Source: Podarcis tiliguerta (lineage: Eukaryota). From it: a DNA stretch of 64,000 bases. The stretch lies in the NCBI GenBank assembly GCA_965153285.1, contig OZ229112.1; one strand, 5' to 3'. Below, in pieces: positions 24,903-37,433 of the stretch. Within the stretch, counting starts at the first letter, position 1, and each line of letters opens with the position of its first letter. Below the pieces are notes generated by a model. That model ran no database searches. It saw only the letters and a list, made by a program, of their open reading frames with translations, and had not been told where the DNA came from. Position numbers and translations under genes: made by a program.

Positions 24903-25983
24903 TCATGAAGCATTTTGAAGCATAGTTGTCTGTTTAATTGTGCCTTCTCAATATAAGAAAATTCCTTAGTGACTAAAAAGGAAAATAAACATTGTTGAAA
25001 ATGATCCTAAAATGCTTTTAAAAAAAGAAAAAATCAGGTTACCTTAAAAAGGTTTAATTTCTTCTCTAGTTAGCCTAATTCAAAAGACAGATATCAGGGA
25101 CAGTGATGGTAACTCTGTTTACACCACATGGCACTACAGAGAGAGATGATCACTTAGCTTTTGTTTTGGTTCCAATTCATTTTTTCAAGAAGTGTAATTA
25201 AAAACTGCATTAATGCCACCAATTATGGCCTCCAAGGGACCAGAAACCTCATGTTACTATGTGATGGAACACAACTGAGCTGCAAACATCCATTTACCAT
25301 TATAATACTCATTAATCCTGCCAAAAACAACTCATTATGAGACTTCAAGGAAATCATCTCATAGGCAAACAGAGCACAGAATCTATCTGTCACTGCATTC
25401 CTCACAGCACAAGTTGCAGGGGTGGAAATTGTTCAGTGTAACTAATTTATGAAGCTGCAAACTATACATTCATTTCTGACACCATCTGGGAGCCAAGTGG
25501 AAAAAGTGTAGGGAAGATTCTCAGAACTAAGACATAGCTTTGAACGCTTCTCAATAATTTACTTTTTAAAACAGTAATTACGAAAATGTTTGAATACAAT
25601 GTGGCATTATTTGAGAGTATACCTATACACATTATATGCATTTCTGTGATTATTTGGGAGGGGGGTCCTTTTATTGTAATGCAGTTGGAAGAAGACCACA
25701 GTGTATTAGTGGTGGGTGCAGGGAGAGAGGGAAGGCAGGATGGAAGGCATTTTTACAATTTCTTCTTGTGTTGTTTTTCTATGGGAAACGTCATTTCCAT
25801 CCCTTGAACCCCTACAAGGGAAACAAAATGCATACACACATGCATATTTCCAGTAAAGGATAAAACCTAAGCACATATAAGCATCAATTTCAATGCAAGG
25901 GATTTATGCAAATTTGATTTTAAGCTGTATTTTAATTGATTGTTTCATTTATGTTTTTAATGTATCATACTTTGATGTTATTA

Positions 25984-26339
25984 AGGGACGCAGGTGGCAC
26001 TGTGGGTTAAATCACAAAGCCTAGGACTTGCCGATCAGAAGGTCGGTGGTTCGAATCCCCGCAACGGGATGAGCTCCTGTTGTTTGGTCCCTGCTCCTGC
26101 CAACCTAGCAGTTCGAAAGCACGTCAAAGTGCAAGTAGATAAATAGGTACCGCTCTGGCGGGAAGGTAAACGGTGTTTCCGTGCGCTCCTCTGGTTCTCC
26201 AGAAGCGGCTTAGTCATGCTGGCCACATGACCCAGAAGCTGTATGCCAGCTCCCTCAGCCAATAAAGCGAGATGAGCGCCGCAACCCCAGAGTCGTCCAC
26301 GACTGGACCTAATGATCTGGGGTCCCTTTACCTTTACCT
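25984..26339 (+). mobile_element. Sauria SINE, full length, inserted in an L2-type 3' tail
   Basis: gggacgcaggtggc head with B box ggttcgaatcc and a (ACCTTT)n tail; 13-bp TSD tactttgatgtta at 25968-25980 and 26340-26352; followed by gctgccctgag...ggtggggtataaataaat. Confidence 0.95.
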
Positions 26340-26406
26340 TACTTTGATGTTAGCTGCCCTGAGCCCAATCCTGGCCGGGGAGGGTGGGGTATAAATAAAT
26401 ATTATA

Positions 26407-26413
26407 TTACTAT

Positions 26414-26444
<31 letters not shown>

Positions 26445-26451
26445 GCTACTA
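26407..26451. repeat. (TAC)n microsatellite grown from a retroelement tail
   Basis: Seen directly. Confidence 0.9.
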
Positions 26452-29199
26452 TTAACTTTCCCACTGAAATCAACCACTCGCCTTAAATGCACTTAGTTTT
26501 TGCTAGATTATTATATATATCTTTGAGGATTTGCCCCATGTACTGAGCAGCTTCCCCCGCCCCCTTTTTGTCCTGTTCTCTCTTTATCTCCTTTCTGTTG
26601 ATGTCCCAAGTAAGCTAATAAGGCATAAAACACCAATCATTTTGTATGAGAAGAAAAAGTCCTCTGAAAAATACATATTATCTATGTGTGTGTCATTAAT
26701 ATATATTCATGAAACAAAAAGTTTGCATCACCGCTGTTTGAATGTGCCTCCTAGCTCTACGTTTTCTAGCATCTTGGTATTTGGGAATAACGTTAACAAT
26801 GCTGTTTACTGTTATTGTCTTTGCTGATGCAATTATTAGTTTATTCCATTATTAAACCATTGCAATTGCAATGATCAGCTTATGTCCTTGTTATTTACTA
26901 CACCACTTTAAGTTGCTTTATTTTCTGCAGATTACATAATATCATTTTCTTCTCTATGCCTAAAATGAAGCATTGCACACCAAAAAAGAGAGAGAAAGAG
27001 AGATTTATTTTTGTTACAATCTTGAGTCTGTGGTTATATCACTGGTCATACTTTAGTTCCTGTCTCACTGGGCTGCTAATGAGGAAATTTGAACCTTGAT
27101 TAAACCTTGATTAAAGGACTCGGCGCTGGTGCATGACCATGATTTGACTGGGTGTGCACTAGCATTGATTGGATCCCCAAATTAACAATCCAGATTCACC
27201 CTTTCTGAAAAAGTTCAATAGTTGTTATTTTTTTTAAAAAAAAATAAAATTAAAAACTGTTGCCAATGACCCTTTTGTGATATTTGAATGGACCATTTAC
27301 AATACTAACCTCCCATCTGGAAACCCCATCTGGCAGCAGCTCTCCTTGAACTCAGTAAGACTTATTTCCAAGCGATATGTTTAATTTTATTTATTTATTT
27401 TTTGTGATTATGTCCCATTAATTTCATATGCTTGACACACAATACAACCGTACTTTACACTGGCTGAATAATAAACCATGCAGCAAATCATGTGCATGTT
27501 TACTTGGAAGTAGCTTCCATAACATTCTTCCATTTATGTCCACCTTTCCACTATAAACTAGTGATCCAGGATGAAAACAATACTTAAAAATTATAATAAC
27601 ACAGTCATAAACTATTGAAAGTACAATGAAGGTCAACAGCTCGTAATCCTAATTTTACATAGGATTTCACCTTAAATGTTTTCTTTCCACACCAATCACT
27701 TCAACTGGGGGGGGGGGGGAGTTAACAGATAATGAAATTTTCATTCTTGGATTTTGTTGGGAAGATCTGTAAGAGGGATTCTAGAATATCACTGGCTCTC
27801 GCACACAGCTGTTGTTTCTTTCCTGGAAAATCCAGGTTAATTTTTCATCCTAGCATATGTTTTTACATGTGTATTCATCTACATGTGTTGTTGCATGAAA
27901 GAATAATGGAGGAGAAATGTTACGGAAAGTCCTAAGAGAGGTGTTCCTTTGGGAAAGATAGGCATGTTGTAGAGAAGAGAGATAGAAGGAAAAGGACAAA
28001 TTGAGTAACTGCACACAAACATGTAAGAGCCAGTCTTTCATTATTGTTCTTCAGATTGCCTAGATCCTCTTGAGACTCGTGGTTACCAAGAACAAAGTTT
28101 TTGGTTGTTACCATGAACAATCTTTAAGGAGACTGCAGGGAGTACTACACAGTATATAGAGAGAAGGCTGAGTAAATTCAAACCAAAGAAAGCCATTCAC
28201 TTCTGTTTTATTGAATCCTTCAGATCTAAATGGAGACCAAAAACAACAGCAACTCCACTCCCCAAATTCTCCCTCTCCATAGGTAATAAAAATATAAATA
28301 TGCCTCTTGGAGTAATTAACCTACCTTCTCTGACATTATTTTCGCTGGCCTCAATGGAACTTGCTCACGAGTAAGAATGTTTCAGATTGAAGTCTTACAA
28401 AATTAAATTAGGACCAAAGGGAGTCACGAATACCCTTGACCTTTGATGTCTGAAGTGAGGATTAGTGAAATCCACATACTAGCAGCTTCAGAGACACAGG
28501 GATAACACAGCACCTCCTCCCTATAACACAGCTCTTTGAGTTTAACTTTACAAGTCAGGTCAAATGAAGGCAGGTGCTGCAGCCTCTCTGATCAATTTCA
28601 GAGCAAGTTGGCAACTCTGAGGTTAAAGTAAACTTCAAAGAACAAGAGCCGGCACCTAAAAGTGAAAGGAAGCATGCAGTTTAGAACTTCTATAAGCTTC
28701 ATATAGTTGTGTGACCATTCTTTTCCAATAATGCTGAATTGCAATGACTAGTATATGAAACTTATATGCTTTTGAACTTATACTGAATTGCAATGACATC
28801 TATAGACTTTTGTCCTGGTATACCTGTGGATGATGATGATGATGGAAATGTCATGTAGATTAGAAGTGCTTGGTGGGCAAAATCTACTTGTAATAGGTGG
28901 AAAATTTCCACAACTTGGGTGACACATGTAGTCTTGCATATGTACCAACATTGAACTATTGTCTGCCACAAAGCACCACAGCATTATCACTACTCCTGTG
29001 GATCAGTGGAACCTGCCTAACCAATTTCTAAATAATACTAAGTACTGATCTTTAATGATTATGATGATGTTTCTTAGGAACAAGCATAATGTATTTACCA
29101 CCATTCTTCATTGTTCAAACCTGTAGGGGGTTCTTGAGATTCAATAATAAGAGGAAGGGCATAAGTCAGAGGCAGAGTTTCTGTTTTGCTTAGTAAATC

Positions 29200-29460
29200 T
29201 GGGACTGTCCCCTGTCTAAAGCCCTGGAGAATCATTGCCAGTCATTGTAGACAATACTGAGCTACATGGGTCTGAGTCGTTATGTTCTGTACACCAGATA
29301 TTTTATCCTCTTAGTCCAGTACTTCCCATTCTGACAGGCAGTTCTCCAAAACCTCAACCAACTATCACCAACTACCAGATTCTTTTTAACTGCAGATGCA
29401 AAGGACTTTAACCTGGGACCTTCTGCTAGATTACACTTTAACACTAAGTTGTGGTCCCTT
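29200..29460. mobile_element. Two tail-to-tail copies of a tRNA-derived SINE with a CR1-like 3' end
   Basis: Plus copy ccctggagaatcattgccagtc...agacaatactgagcta; minus copy ...ctgacaggcagttctccaaaacc...aacctgggaccttctgc; related copies at ~32285-32440, ~40730-40880 and 61527-61920. Confidence 0.6.
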
Positions 29461-29567
29461 CCATACATGTATGTATGACTGTATACACTTTTTGTACTTT
29501 TCTGCAATTCATTTCAGAAACATATTTTTCACAATATCCCCATTCCATCATGTACCTAGGAAAACAG

Positions 29568-30015
29568 TGCATCTGATGAAATGGAATGTAGTCCGCAAAA
29601 CCTAACCAGGGTAGTCCAACATGTGGCCCAACGGCTCCTAGTGGCCCTCAAGACCTTATTTGGTGGCCTTCATCAACATTTGAAGCTTCCAGCCCTTGTG
29701 TTGCCTTCACAAAAGCCAGATAAGCAAGGTGTTGGGCTTTGGGAAGATGTAGTGAGGGTTCTGACAGGGTCCTAGAGTTCCCTTACCTCCTTCCCAAAGC
29801 CTAGTTAGCCATTTTCCAACTTTGGGATGGAGCTGGGAAGCTCTAGGACCCTGCCAGAACCTTGAGCTTCCATGCAAAGAACCTGTTCACACGTGACATG
29901 GCATCATGCAGTCTGTGGATTGCATGTTGAAGTAGTATTATGGCCCATTTAGTATGAAAAGTTGGGCTGCCCTGCCTTAAGCCATAATAAATTTGTTAGT
30001 CTCAAAGCTGCCACA
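29568..30015. mobile_element. Penelope-like terminal remnant split by a hAT-type element (29607-29974)
   Basis: gtgcatctgatgaaatgg...[cagggtagtccaac ... gttgggctgccctg]...aataaatttgttagtctcaaagctgccaca; TIRs match at 12 of 14 positions. Confidence 0.7.
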
Positions 30016-30693
30016 ACTCCACCATGCATAAACACACACTTCATAGAGTTGATGTAAGGATTAAAGCAATTAAGAATGAATGTAGAGTAGTTGTACATTA
30101 CACACTAAAAACTTGCAAATCAAACAAGATGCCTGACTTTTCAGCTTCTTCATTTTCAATAGAATTGAGTGATACCAGAGCTCAGAAACATCTGCCTGGT
30201 AACACTCCCACCCACCCCCAAAGCCAAAGACTTTGAATGCAGTAAGTAGGGATTGTGTAGCTTCTTCTCTTCCAAAAACTAAGGAGGCAATGTTGTGAAA
30301 AAACAAACATATAATTAATGTAAGGAAAAGGCATGCAAGGAAAAGCAAGGTGCATTTGGCTTATTTTTGCATAATTTATTCTGCCTCCAACATCCAGGTT
30401 ATCAAAAGCTTGGATTGTGGTAGCAAAGGCCAAAGGATGATTAGAATACTGGGAAAGAAGAGGCATGAAATTTGAGAACAAATGAGCAGTAGGGGGATGT
30501 GGACAGAGAATAGCAAACAGGGAGAAAAAAACTGTGCAGGCATAGGTGCTTCATTCAGTGATTTCTGAGAGCTCTTTATAATCTCTCACTAGCTTTTAAA
30601 ACCTATACAATTCTAGTAAACTTTTCTCAAAATATCTCAGTTCTGGACACAAATTATGTGGCACCTTGCACAATTCACTTAGATAGGTAGGAC

Positions 30694-31130
30694 TAGGCAT
30701 GGGGGAGAAAATCAATTTTATTTGCATTTTGATGTGAAACTACCCAATTCACACTTCTCGTACCAATGCACAAACCAAAATGCAGCTATTCTTCAAAATG
30801 TTCACTTCGTCAAATTTTACAATGCTCTTCTCCAACCAGTGTTTATAAAAATGCATGTTAAGAGAAAATGCATATACTACTTTTTAAAAACATAGACGGA
30901 TGCATTATATCAAGGAAAATGGGTTGAAAAAAATGTGTATATTTGTACAGAAATGCATATAAAAACATGTTTATTAGGAGAAATTGAACTAAATGCACTA
31001 AAATACAGATGAATTTTCATTAGGATTTTTTTGAAATGCAAATTGCTGTAGAAATGCAGACAACTGAATAGAAGATGAATGAAAAATGAAAAAGTGAGGA
31101 AACCAAAATTGTCAGATTCATCCATCCCTA
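30694..31130 (+). mobile_element. Non-autonomous DNA transposon with TAGGGATG-like termini
   Basis: taggcatgggggagaaa ... cagattcatccatcccta; homologous to 14528-14922. Confidence 0.7.
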
Positions 31131-33065
31131 GGTGTATAACATGTAGCTCTCATATTAACATTGACGAAGGCCAATGACTATGCAATTACTTTTATTAAAC
31201 AACAGCAAGTAGCAAATGGGCAGTTTCTTGGAGTTCAATCCCAAACTGGCAAGAGGACAAGCTCTGAAGTTCAGTCAAGAACTCTGGATAGCAAAGGGGG
31301 TACTTTTCCTACCTAGGAAATTAAGTACGATAGATGAATCAGTTCCAGGATTCATGATTCATTTGTCCAATGAGGTCAATCAATTATATTTTCTAAGAAG
31401 AACTACAGCATTACCTAAGGGATTATATCCTGAGGAGCTGGGTTAGAAAGCCCAAAGAAAAGGCCTGTCTCTTTTCAGAAGTGGGGCAGTTCAAGAAAGT
31501 AAATTACATAGTGACTGATCAGTGCCCTTTGGCACTATTATCGTGAAAAGGATCTCTCAGACTTGCTACTCAGGTTTTTGGGATCCTAAGCTTGTGACTT
31601 AGGCCTCTGGAATCCAGGGAGGGAAAGGAACCCCTTTGAGGCTTGTCAGGACCGCACACCCAGAATCCAGGGGTTTTGTGGGAAGAGAGATTTAAGAGGG
31701 ATTCTCACAATATTTATGTATTTGTGATATCAGTTGTCATTAAAAGCAGGAAAGTGGTTTCCCAAAATCCATACAATGAAGTTAACCAGGCCACTCATGG
31801 AGCCTATCATGGCATGGCATGGCTTCAGTGGCTTGCGGCTCCTCCTCCTGCCATGTAAGGGATGGCCAGTGGCAGGGGCAGGAGGAGAAGGCTGAGCACC
31901 TGAGAGGAACCACCAGCCATTGAACATGCTGCCACCATGTTTGGCTTTGCCTTCTGGCTCCTCCCCACATCCTGACATCATGTGTGACATCATACGCACA
32001 TCTCCCCACCCCGCAAAAAATCTCCCTTGCAAGTTGGTGTCTCTTGTTCAGGGCAAAGCTGAGGTTACCAGGAAGCTGCAAGATGATTCCTACTGCACCT
32101 AATTCCTTCAAAGATGACAATGTTCACTGTAGATCCCCAATAATGCTAATAAAGTTGCAGCCTTTGTTTAATTAGTTGGGGTGAACTTAATTCTGCCACA
32201 TTCAGGCCCGACAGCCTATCCACTATAACACAGTAGCCCCTGAAAATCATCATGAAACTAGCATAGAAATACCTTGGAAAAAGACTGCACCTTAGTGGCA
32301 GAACACATGCTTAGCATGCAATAAGACTACAGTCCAATCCTCACCATACCTGGATAAGACTAAGCAAGATTCTTATCTTAAACAATGAAGAGATGCTACT
32401 AGTCAGAGTGAGCTGGATGGCGCAAGGGCAGCTTCCCATACTCCCATCTAAGAAATAATTATTGCTATGGAGGTGCAAAATATAGCTGTTTGACCAGTGA
32501 CTATTGAATATGTCCAGTTTCTAAAATAATGGATCTGTATATACCAGAGAGATAGGACATGCTATACTTTAGGCTTTTAATCTCACAACATTGTGATATA
32601 TGCTGAACAGCAAAGTAACAAAAATATAGATCTACTCATCTGAATGAATGAAACATATACACTGAAGGTGTAGTAGCCAGTGCCAGATATTGATTGGGGA
32701 GAATGTAATGAATTGTATGATCTATAAGACCATAATCCTGCTATTAATTTCCCTTTCAGGTCATAATCACATACACTTCTGAAAAGCCAAACTAATCACA
32801 AAGTGAGTCATCCAATTGAAGTTAAATTATCGAAATTACATACACATTAATGACTTCCAATTACCAAATGAAGAATAATATTCAGTGTTTTAAATACCCC
32901 ATAACAGCCTCTATAAAGCCCAAGATCTACACATGCTGAGATAGTACAGTTGTACTATCCACTGGTGAAAGGCAGGCAGCAATTGGGGGGGGGGGGAGGT
33001 TGGGCTCCCATCATGCAGTTTGCATACTCACCAAGCTCAATAGTATAGGAGTTGAAAAAAATAGT

Positions 33066-33293
33066 GTTGTTGTTGTTGTTGTTGTTTAGTCGTTTAGTCG
33101 TGTCCGACTCTTCGTGACCCCGTGGACCAGAGCACGCCAGGCACTTCTGTCTTCCACTGCCTCCCGCAGTTTAGTCAAACTCATGCTGGTAGCTTCGAGA
33201 ACACTATCCAACCATCTTGTCCTCTGTCGTCCCCTTCTCCTTGTGCCCTCCATCTTTCCCAACATCAGGGTCTTTTCCAGGGAGTCTTCTCTT
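33066..33293 (-). mobile_element. RTE-BovB LINE, 5'-truncated 3' end
   Basis: The minus strand translates to REDSLEKTLMLGKMEGTRRRGRQRTRWLDSVLEATSMSLTKLREAVEDRSAWRALVHGVTKSRTRLND*, the characteristic BovB ORF C-terminus, followed by a (CAA)n tail. Confidence 0.93.
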
Positions 33294-33299
33294 ATTCCC

Positions 33300-34320
33300 A
33301 GCTCCCCAACAAAGGGAAAATTTGAATGAGAACCTTAACCAAATCCTGCAGCCGGAATAACTAAAGCAGGGCTGCTGACCTTTTCCTGGGAATAAAAAAA
33401 CTCCGCTTCAGGCAAGTATAACCATACCTTTTCTGATTCCATGTGTAAGGTCAGCAGGATGGGATATAAAGGAGTTAATATCCCTAGGGCCGGCTGGAGG
33501 CTGGAGGGATTTACTGGGGGAGGACGTGCTGCAGGATCCTCCTGCAAAATGTAGCATCAGAAAAGGCAAAAGACTCCAGGCCTAGGTGGCTTCTCAGCAG
33601 ATCTCCTGGAGCAGATCATTACAGGAAGAGGCAGCAGAGGTGGCCTCTGAACTGGTGGAGTGTGCTGTTATATGCTGGGGAATGGGCAAATGCTGTGCCT
33701 CATAGGCCAGCACTATAGAGGCCCTAATCCACCAAGCCACAGCAGTGAGAGAGATCTTATTGACCAGGGTAAGAGGGTGGAAGGAGACAAACAAGGTCTC
33801 AATGAGACAGTGTGGTCTGGTTCTACCTATGTACACTTTGAAGACTCTGCACACATCAAATGAATGCCAGGCCTTTTCCAGGAGGCAGACGGGAGATGAA
33901 CTGAAGGAAGGTAGCATAATCTCCTGTTGGAGATGGAAAATGGAGGACACCTTCAGGATGAAGGATGGATCTGTCCTTAATACTAGCCTGTGGAAGATAC
34001 ATAGCTGCTTGGCTGAAGACAGAGCATTGAGCTCTGAGGTAATAGAGGTAATAGCTACCAGGAATGCTACTTTGAAAGAGTGGAGCCTTAGGAGAACCTT
34101 GCCAAGGTTCGAAGGGAGGACATTGGAGGGCTGACTGGAACCCCCTGGAGGTCCCACAAGGGAAATCTGGGGCAGAGAAGATTCACTCATCTTAGAAAAT
34201 GTTTCAGCAGATGAAATAGGAAAGGAATGGAGTTTGGAGGGAATTGAGGAAAGCACCATTGCTTAACACTTTAGGGTGGTGGCCTTGATGGCTAAGGGAC
34301 TTAGCCTTATCTGCCATGAA
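33300..34320 (-). mobile_element. DIRS1-like retrotransposon remnant (tyrosine recombinase region and 3' end)
   Basis: ORF 33594-34259 contains KVAFLVAITS..SELNALS, LVLRTDPSFILKVSSIFHLQQEIMLPSF, AWHSFDVCRVFKVYIGRT, LFVSF, WIRASIVLAY and ITAHSTSSEATSAA...EIC, colinear with vertebrate DIRS tyrosine recombinases; catalytic residues are decayed. Confidence 0.88.
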
Positions 34321-35001
34321 TTTGCAGATCTATGCCATCTAGCCAGTACCAAAGGCAGTATGTCTCTAAATTTCTCCAAATTTCATTGCCAGACAACACA
34401 AACATGGCAGTGCTATTGCACTTGTGTCCTACCGGTGGGCTTCCAATAAGCATATAGTTGGTCATGATGAGCAACAGGATGCTAAAATAGATGGGATTTT
34501 GATCTGATCCAGATCAATGTTCAAAAGAGTACTGGAAGAAGCAATAGTACAGCCAGCTAGTCACAGCCAATGGTGAAAGCCTTGGAAATTTAGCTAAAAT
34601 TTCCTTAAACATTTCTTTTCTGTCAAAAGACCCACAATTCAGTCTAAAGTACGAACCCAAAAATGTTGATATAGTGAATCGGTTGGCGGGTGGGTCTAAC
34701 TACAGAATCACTTCAAAACAAGCACACTTATCATTTATGCTCTTTGATTACTTTTCTGTTTCTCAGCATGCTGCCTCTGGCTGATCAGGAATAAATCCAG
34801 GTCATCTGGAATCCCACAGACCTCAAGAGTCAGACCTCCTGCTGGGAAATCACCATGTTTACATAGCCTCAAGACTCCATGTGCAGATGGAATCCAAATG
34901 CTTCAGAAGGCAATGGGAAATGACTCTTGCTTCCAACCTGAATTTTTTTTCTAGTCAATTGCACTTTCTGTTTCCCATGAAATACTACTATGCAGCTGTA
35001 A

Positions 35002-35120
35002 GCAGACACCCCCAAACTTGTGCCTTCCAGGTGTTTTGGACAACACTTCAGCCCTAGCCAAGGTTCATAAAATTTGGAGTCCAACAAGATCTGGGGAGCG
35101 CCATATTGAGGAAGGTCAAT
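35002..35120. mobile_element. Degenerate palindromic hAT-type MITE
   Basis: ccttccaggtgttttggac...ggagtccaacaagatctgg core, as in 9560-9695. Confidence 0.6.
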
Positions 35121-35859
35121 GCAGAGTTTAAGACAGTGGTGGGAATCACTTTTAAAATAAAATCAGCATACAAAACCAACAACGATTTAAATCTAATTTA
35201 AATCTCACTGAATTCCAGCAGCTGCATGGAGTATATCCAGTGTTTCCAAAAAGAAACTCTACTACTACTTCCAAAATTACTTTCCTAGATTGAAACACAC
35301 TGGGCTATATATGTATTAATAAAAAACGGGGCCTTTCGTGGGATTCATTTTCTGTTGTTGTTTTTTTTCTGTTGAGAATCAATTAAGACATTTCTTCTAA
35401 GTATGTAAATTGGATTTAAATTTGACAGAGAATTTCAACTAGATAATATTGTTTTCTAGTAATAGAGCTCTATTTAATTTTATTGTTTTAAGTTCTGTCC
35501 TGGTTGCGTTCTAATGCTCAAACCTATGATCCATTTCATATTTGCTTTTAGCACTGAAGGGCAGGGCAGGAAAGCAAAATAGTTTTTTTTAAAAAAAATA
35601 CCCCCAAAATTCTCTTTAATCATGTGTAGAATGCTATTTTCCATACTGTCTAGAGTACCACCCCCACTCCCCACCCCGTTTCAAAGTGGCTACTTTTATA
35701 TTTTCATTTCATTTCAGCATTCTGAGCTTGTCAAGTTCACATAAAATAAAATATAAAAACAACCATCCCCTGTATTAGCAAGCAAACTACCCTTCAGTGA
35801 GTGCTACTATCCCCCTGAGCTAGAGAACTGGTTAGCAACAGACTCCCTTGAGTTTACAG

Positions 35860-36240
35860 CAAATTACAGAAAGCAAGGCTCGCATAAAATTAAATCATAA
35901 ATTATCTGACTGCTATCTCGCTGCCTCTGATATAGACTTTCTGCACATTCTAAGTGGAACTGACACGAACAGAGCTCATTCACTTTCAGCTGCCAGATGA
36001 AGGTGCAAATATAGAGGTCACCTCCCGGCACCCTTTGTTGCTGTCACCTTTGAACTGCTCCTAAATTACTAAGTGTTTTTATTTCCAAGGCAGCAGCCTA
36101 GTATCAAAGCTTAGACTGGCCAGGTCTTTAAAAAGGCAGCTTTCTGATGCTGTAGCAACTAATTTAGGCAAGTATGCCAGTCATGCACTGCTAGCCTATG
36201 AAAGTAATAAGGATCCCACGCAGGCCAGCGATTTTCACAA
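35860..36240. promoter_or_regulatory. Putative enhancer / conserved non-coding element
   Basis: Repeat-free; CATAAAA (35883), TAAATCA (35891), adjacent E-boxes CAGCTG and CAGATG, Sox-like CTTTGTT (36033), TGTCA (36042), TCF CTTTGAA (36048) and ATCAAAG (36103). Confidence 0.45.
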
Positions 36241-36291
36241 GCACCAGCAAGGGGGGGGGGGGAGAGAAAAGGTGACCCTACCTCTATCTGT

Positions 36292-36631
36292 NNNNNNNNN
36301 NNNNNNNNNNNNNNNNNNNNNNNNNNNNNNNNNNNNNNNNNNNNNNNNNNNNNNNNNNNNNNNNNNNNNNNNNNNNNNNNNNNNNNNNNNNNNNNNNNNN
36401 NNNNNNNNNNNNNNNNNNNNNNNNNNNNNNNNNNNNNNNNNNNNNNNNNNNNNNNNNNNNNNNNNNNNNNNNNNNNNNNNNNNNNNNNNNNNNNNNNNNN
36501 NNNNNNNNNNNNNNNNNNNNNNNNNNNNNNNNNNNNNNNNNNNNNNNNNNNNNNNNNNNNNNNNNNNNNNNNNNNNNNNNNNNNNNNNNNNNNNNNNNNN
36601 NNNNNNNNNNNNNNNNNNNNNNNNNNNNNNN
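36292..36631. other. Assembly gap (N run)
   Basis: Run of N. Confidence 1.
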
Positions 36632-37433
36632 TAATGTATTAGATATAATGCCCTACCCCCCACTTGCTAGGGAAACAATTATGGGGATTATGTTTGGTGA
36701 TAATGTAAAAATGTAATAAAGAATTAAAACTGAAATGCACTGTGATTCAGTCCTGTTGCTTTATTCTCCTCTCTCCCCACCCCCGGCCCCCCCAGCCATT
36801 GTGATTACAAATAAAGCACCCAACCAACAAGACAGAACCTTCCAATGAACTTGTGGAAGAAAGTGCACAAAATAATTAAAAGACTTGGAACAAAATGAAG
36901 CAGGTTGGGGTTTTTTTTCGCTTTACACTGCCTTCCCAAACGGCAATCAGTATTATTGCTGTCGTAGCTCATAAAAATCATAGACGGGGTTGGCAATTCT
37001 TTGAGCTGGCTTCGTGTCTCCTATGTCTCACCTCTGTAGCGTTGCTTCAAAACACCAATCGCTATAGGGTGGTGGTGGTGGGGAGAATATCCTTAAGTGA
37101 TGGGCAGAGGGTGGGGGGAGGGCAGGTGTGTTCAAAGCAACAAACGTACCAGATAATTGCAAAGGCCTGGTTAAGATGTTGCATTTATGCCCATGCAAGC
37201 AGCAACATCTCTGACTGCAGTCCTACAAGGGCACCTGGCCTTAGAAGCCAACTCCTTCTAAGAACCAAAGACATTGTCTAAAACTGGCACACTGCACCCC
37301 AAAGCAGGATCAAGTCAGAATCAGGGCAGACACACGACAGAGAGCTGCCTCCCAATATATCTCTGGAAAGTGTCTTTCACATGCACTTTGTGGTCTTGTG
37401 TTGCACCTTGCATATGAACGTACATTATACTCT

